64,000 nt of DNA from Eledone cirrhosa (taxonomy: Eukaryota). The DNA lies in contig OZ024742.1 in NCBI GenBank assembly GCA_964016885.1, positions 38,874,001-38,938,000 on the forward strand, given 5' to 3'. Below, in pieces: positions 61,301 through 64,000 of the stretch. Made by a program: the position numbers and the translations under genes. Each line of letters opens with the position of its first letter. Within the stretch, counting starts at the first letter, position 1. Below the pieces are notes generated by a model that was not told where the DNA came from, ran no database searches, and worked only from the letters and a program-made list of their open reading frames with translations.

Positions 61301-64000
61301 ACAACCTTATTAACCATCTTGCCAACAACAACCTTATTAACCATCTTGCTAACAACAAACTTATTAACCATCTTGCAACAACAACCTTATTAACCATCTT
61401 GCCAACAACAACCTTATTAACCATCTTGCCAACAACAATCTTATTAACCATCTAGCTAACAACAATATTATTAACTATCTTGCCAACAACAACCTTATTA
61501 ACCATCTTGCTAACAACAACCTTATTAACCATCTTGCCCACAACAACCTTATTAACCATCTTGCCAACAACAACCTTATTTACCATCTTGCTAACAACAA
61601 CCTTATTAACCATCTTGCCAACAACAACCTTATTAACCATCTTGCTAACAACAACCTTATTAACCATCTTGGCAACAACAACTTATTAACCATCTTGACA
61701 ACAACAACCTTATTAACCATCTTGCTAACAACAAGCTTATTAACCATCTTGAAAACAACAACCTTATTAACCATCTTGCTAACAACAACCTTATTAACCA
61801 TATTGCTAACAACAACATTATTAACCATCTTGCTAACAACAACCTTATTAACCATCTTGCCAACAACAACCTTATTAACCATCTTGGTAACAACAACCTT
61901 ATTAACCATCTTGCCAACAACAATCTTATTAACCATCTAGCTAACAACAACATTATTAACCATATTGCTAACAACAACATTATTAACCATCTTGGTAACA
62001 ACAACCTTATTAACCATCTTGCCAACAACAACCTTATTAACCATCTTGCTAACAACAACCTTATTAACCATATTGCTAACAACAACATTATTAACCATCT
62101 TGCCAACAACAACCTTATTAACCATCTTGCTAACAACAACCTTATTAACCATCTTGCCAACAACAACCTTATTAACCATCTTGCTAACAACAACCTTATT
62201 AACCATCTTTCTAACAACAACTTTATTAACCATCTTGCCAACAACAACTTTATTAACCATCTTGCTAACAACAACCTTATTAACCATCTTGCCAACAACA
62301 AACTTATTAACCATCTTGCTAACAACAACCTTATTAACCATCTTGCTAACAACAACCTTATTAACCATCTTGCCAACAACAACCTTATTAACCATCTTGC
62401 CAACAACAACCTTATTAACCATCTTGACAACAAAAACCTTATTAACCATCTTGACAACAACAACCTTATTAACCATCTTGACAACAACAACCTTATTAAC
62501 CATCTTGCCTACAACAACCTTATTAACCATCTTGCTAACAACAACCTTATTAACCATCTTGCTAACAACAACCTTATTAACCATCTTGACAACAACAACC
62601 TTATTAACCATCTTGCCTACAACAACCTTATTAACCATCTTGCTAACAACAACCTTATTAACCATCTTGCCAACAACAGCCTTATTAACCATCTTGCTAA
62701 CAACAACCTTATTAACCATCTTGCCAACAACAACCTTATTAACCATCTTGACAACAACAACCTTATTAACCATCTTGCTAACAACAACCTTATTAACCAT
62801 CTTTCTAACAACAACTTTATTAACCATCTTGCTAACAACAACCTTATTAACCATCTTGCCAACAACAACCTTATTAACCATCTTGCCAACAACAACCTTA
62901 TTAACCATCTTGACAACAACAACCTTATTAACCATCTTTCTAACAACAACATTATTAACCATCTTGCTAACAACAACCTTATTAACCATCTTGCCACCAA
63001 CAACCTTATTAACCATCTTCCCCAAAACAACCTTATTAACCATCTTGCTAACAACAACCTTATTAACCATCTTGCCAACAACAACCTTATTAACCATCTT
63101 GCTAACAACAACATTACTAACCATCTTGCCAACAACAACCTTATTAACCATCTTGCTAACAACAACCTTATTAACCATCTTGCTAACAACAACCTTATTA
63201 ACCATCTTGCCAACAACAACCTTATTAACCATCTTGCCAACAACAACCTTATTAACCATCTTGCCAACAACAACCTTATTAACCATCTTGCTAACAACAA
63301 CCTTATTAACCATCTTGCCAACAACAACCTTATTAACCATCTTGCCAACAACAACCTTATTAACCATCTTGCTAACAACAACCTTATTAACTATCTTGCC
63401 AACAACAACCTTATTAACCATCTTGCCAACAACAGCCTTATTAACCATCTTGCTAACAACAACCTTATTAACTATCTGGCCAACAACAACCTTATTAACC
63501 ATCTTGCCAACAACAACCTTATTAACCATCTTGCTAACAACAACCTTATTAACCATCTTTCTAACAACAACCTTATTAACCATCTTGCCAACAACAACCT
63601 TATTAACCATCTTGCTAACAACAACCTTATTAACCATCTTGCTAACAACAACCTTATTAACCATCTTGCTAACAACAACCTTGTTAACCATCTTGCCAAC
63701 AACAACCTTATTAACCATCTTGCCAACAACAACCTTATTAACCATCTTGCCAACAACAACCTTATTAACCATCTTGCTAACAACAACCTTATTAACCATC
63801 TTGCCAACAGCAATCTTATTACCCATCTTGCCAACAACAACCTTATTAACCATCTTGCTAACAACAACCTTATTAACCATCTTGCAAACAACAACCTTAT
63901 TAACCATCTTGCCAACAACAACCTTATTAACCATCTTGCTAACAACAACCTTATTAACCATCTTGCTAACAACAACATTATTAACCATCTTGCTAACAAC
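22363..64000. repeat. 27-bp satellite array, over 41.6 kb (~1,540 copies), with higher-order repeat structure
   Basis: Unit CTTATTAACCATCTTGC(T/C)AACAACAAC, uninterrupted to the window end; variant monomers recur in a fixed order. Confidence 0.99.

Noticed and set aside
22275-63999. Long ORFs (MVNKVVVSK, LTTTLLTIL, LLARWLIRL repeats) as mucin- or surface-like proteins
   Set aside because: Open in several frames on both strands because the unit is 27 bp; 1-bp deletions and stops are propagated through the HORs; no unique domains.
22363-64000. Telomeric array
   Set aside because: The G/T-rich strand runs toward the TE flank rather than toward the open end, and variants are copied in kb-scale blocks, unlike telomerase-templated repeats.

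Overview
Gene-free, AT-rich animal (probably invertebrate) genomic DNA with two halves. Positions 1-22.3 kb are a dense nest of transposon remnants separated by (TA)n/(TG)n/(GA)n microsatellites. They include at least four Naiad-type Penelope-like retroelements (PLEs, RT + GIY-YIG), other PLE 3' ends, a CRE-type non-LTR endonuclease fragment, Helitrons, Chapaev3 pieces, a tRNA-derived SINE with a target-site duplication (TSD), a MITE, a 77-bp minisatellite and a foldback with two convergent tRNA-like units. Manual folding shows nine type I hammerhead ribozyme (HHR) motifs plus one half-motif, in six sequence families. One is a fully canonical HHR inside a non-coding ~517-nt retrozyme-like repeat, and one family carries the non-canonical core CAGAAGA in all three copies. 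Many PLE copies share the layout (TA)n - inverted 3' tail - truncated body - HHR - (TA)n. Positions 22.36-64 kb are a 27-bp satellite (about 1,540 copies) with nested higher-order duplications of about 0.6, 2.5-4.2, 7.1 and 12.5 kb. The long ORFs in the satellite and microsatellites are artefacts. All family assignments come from motif recognition by eye, not database searches, and element boundaries are approximate unless stated.
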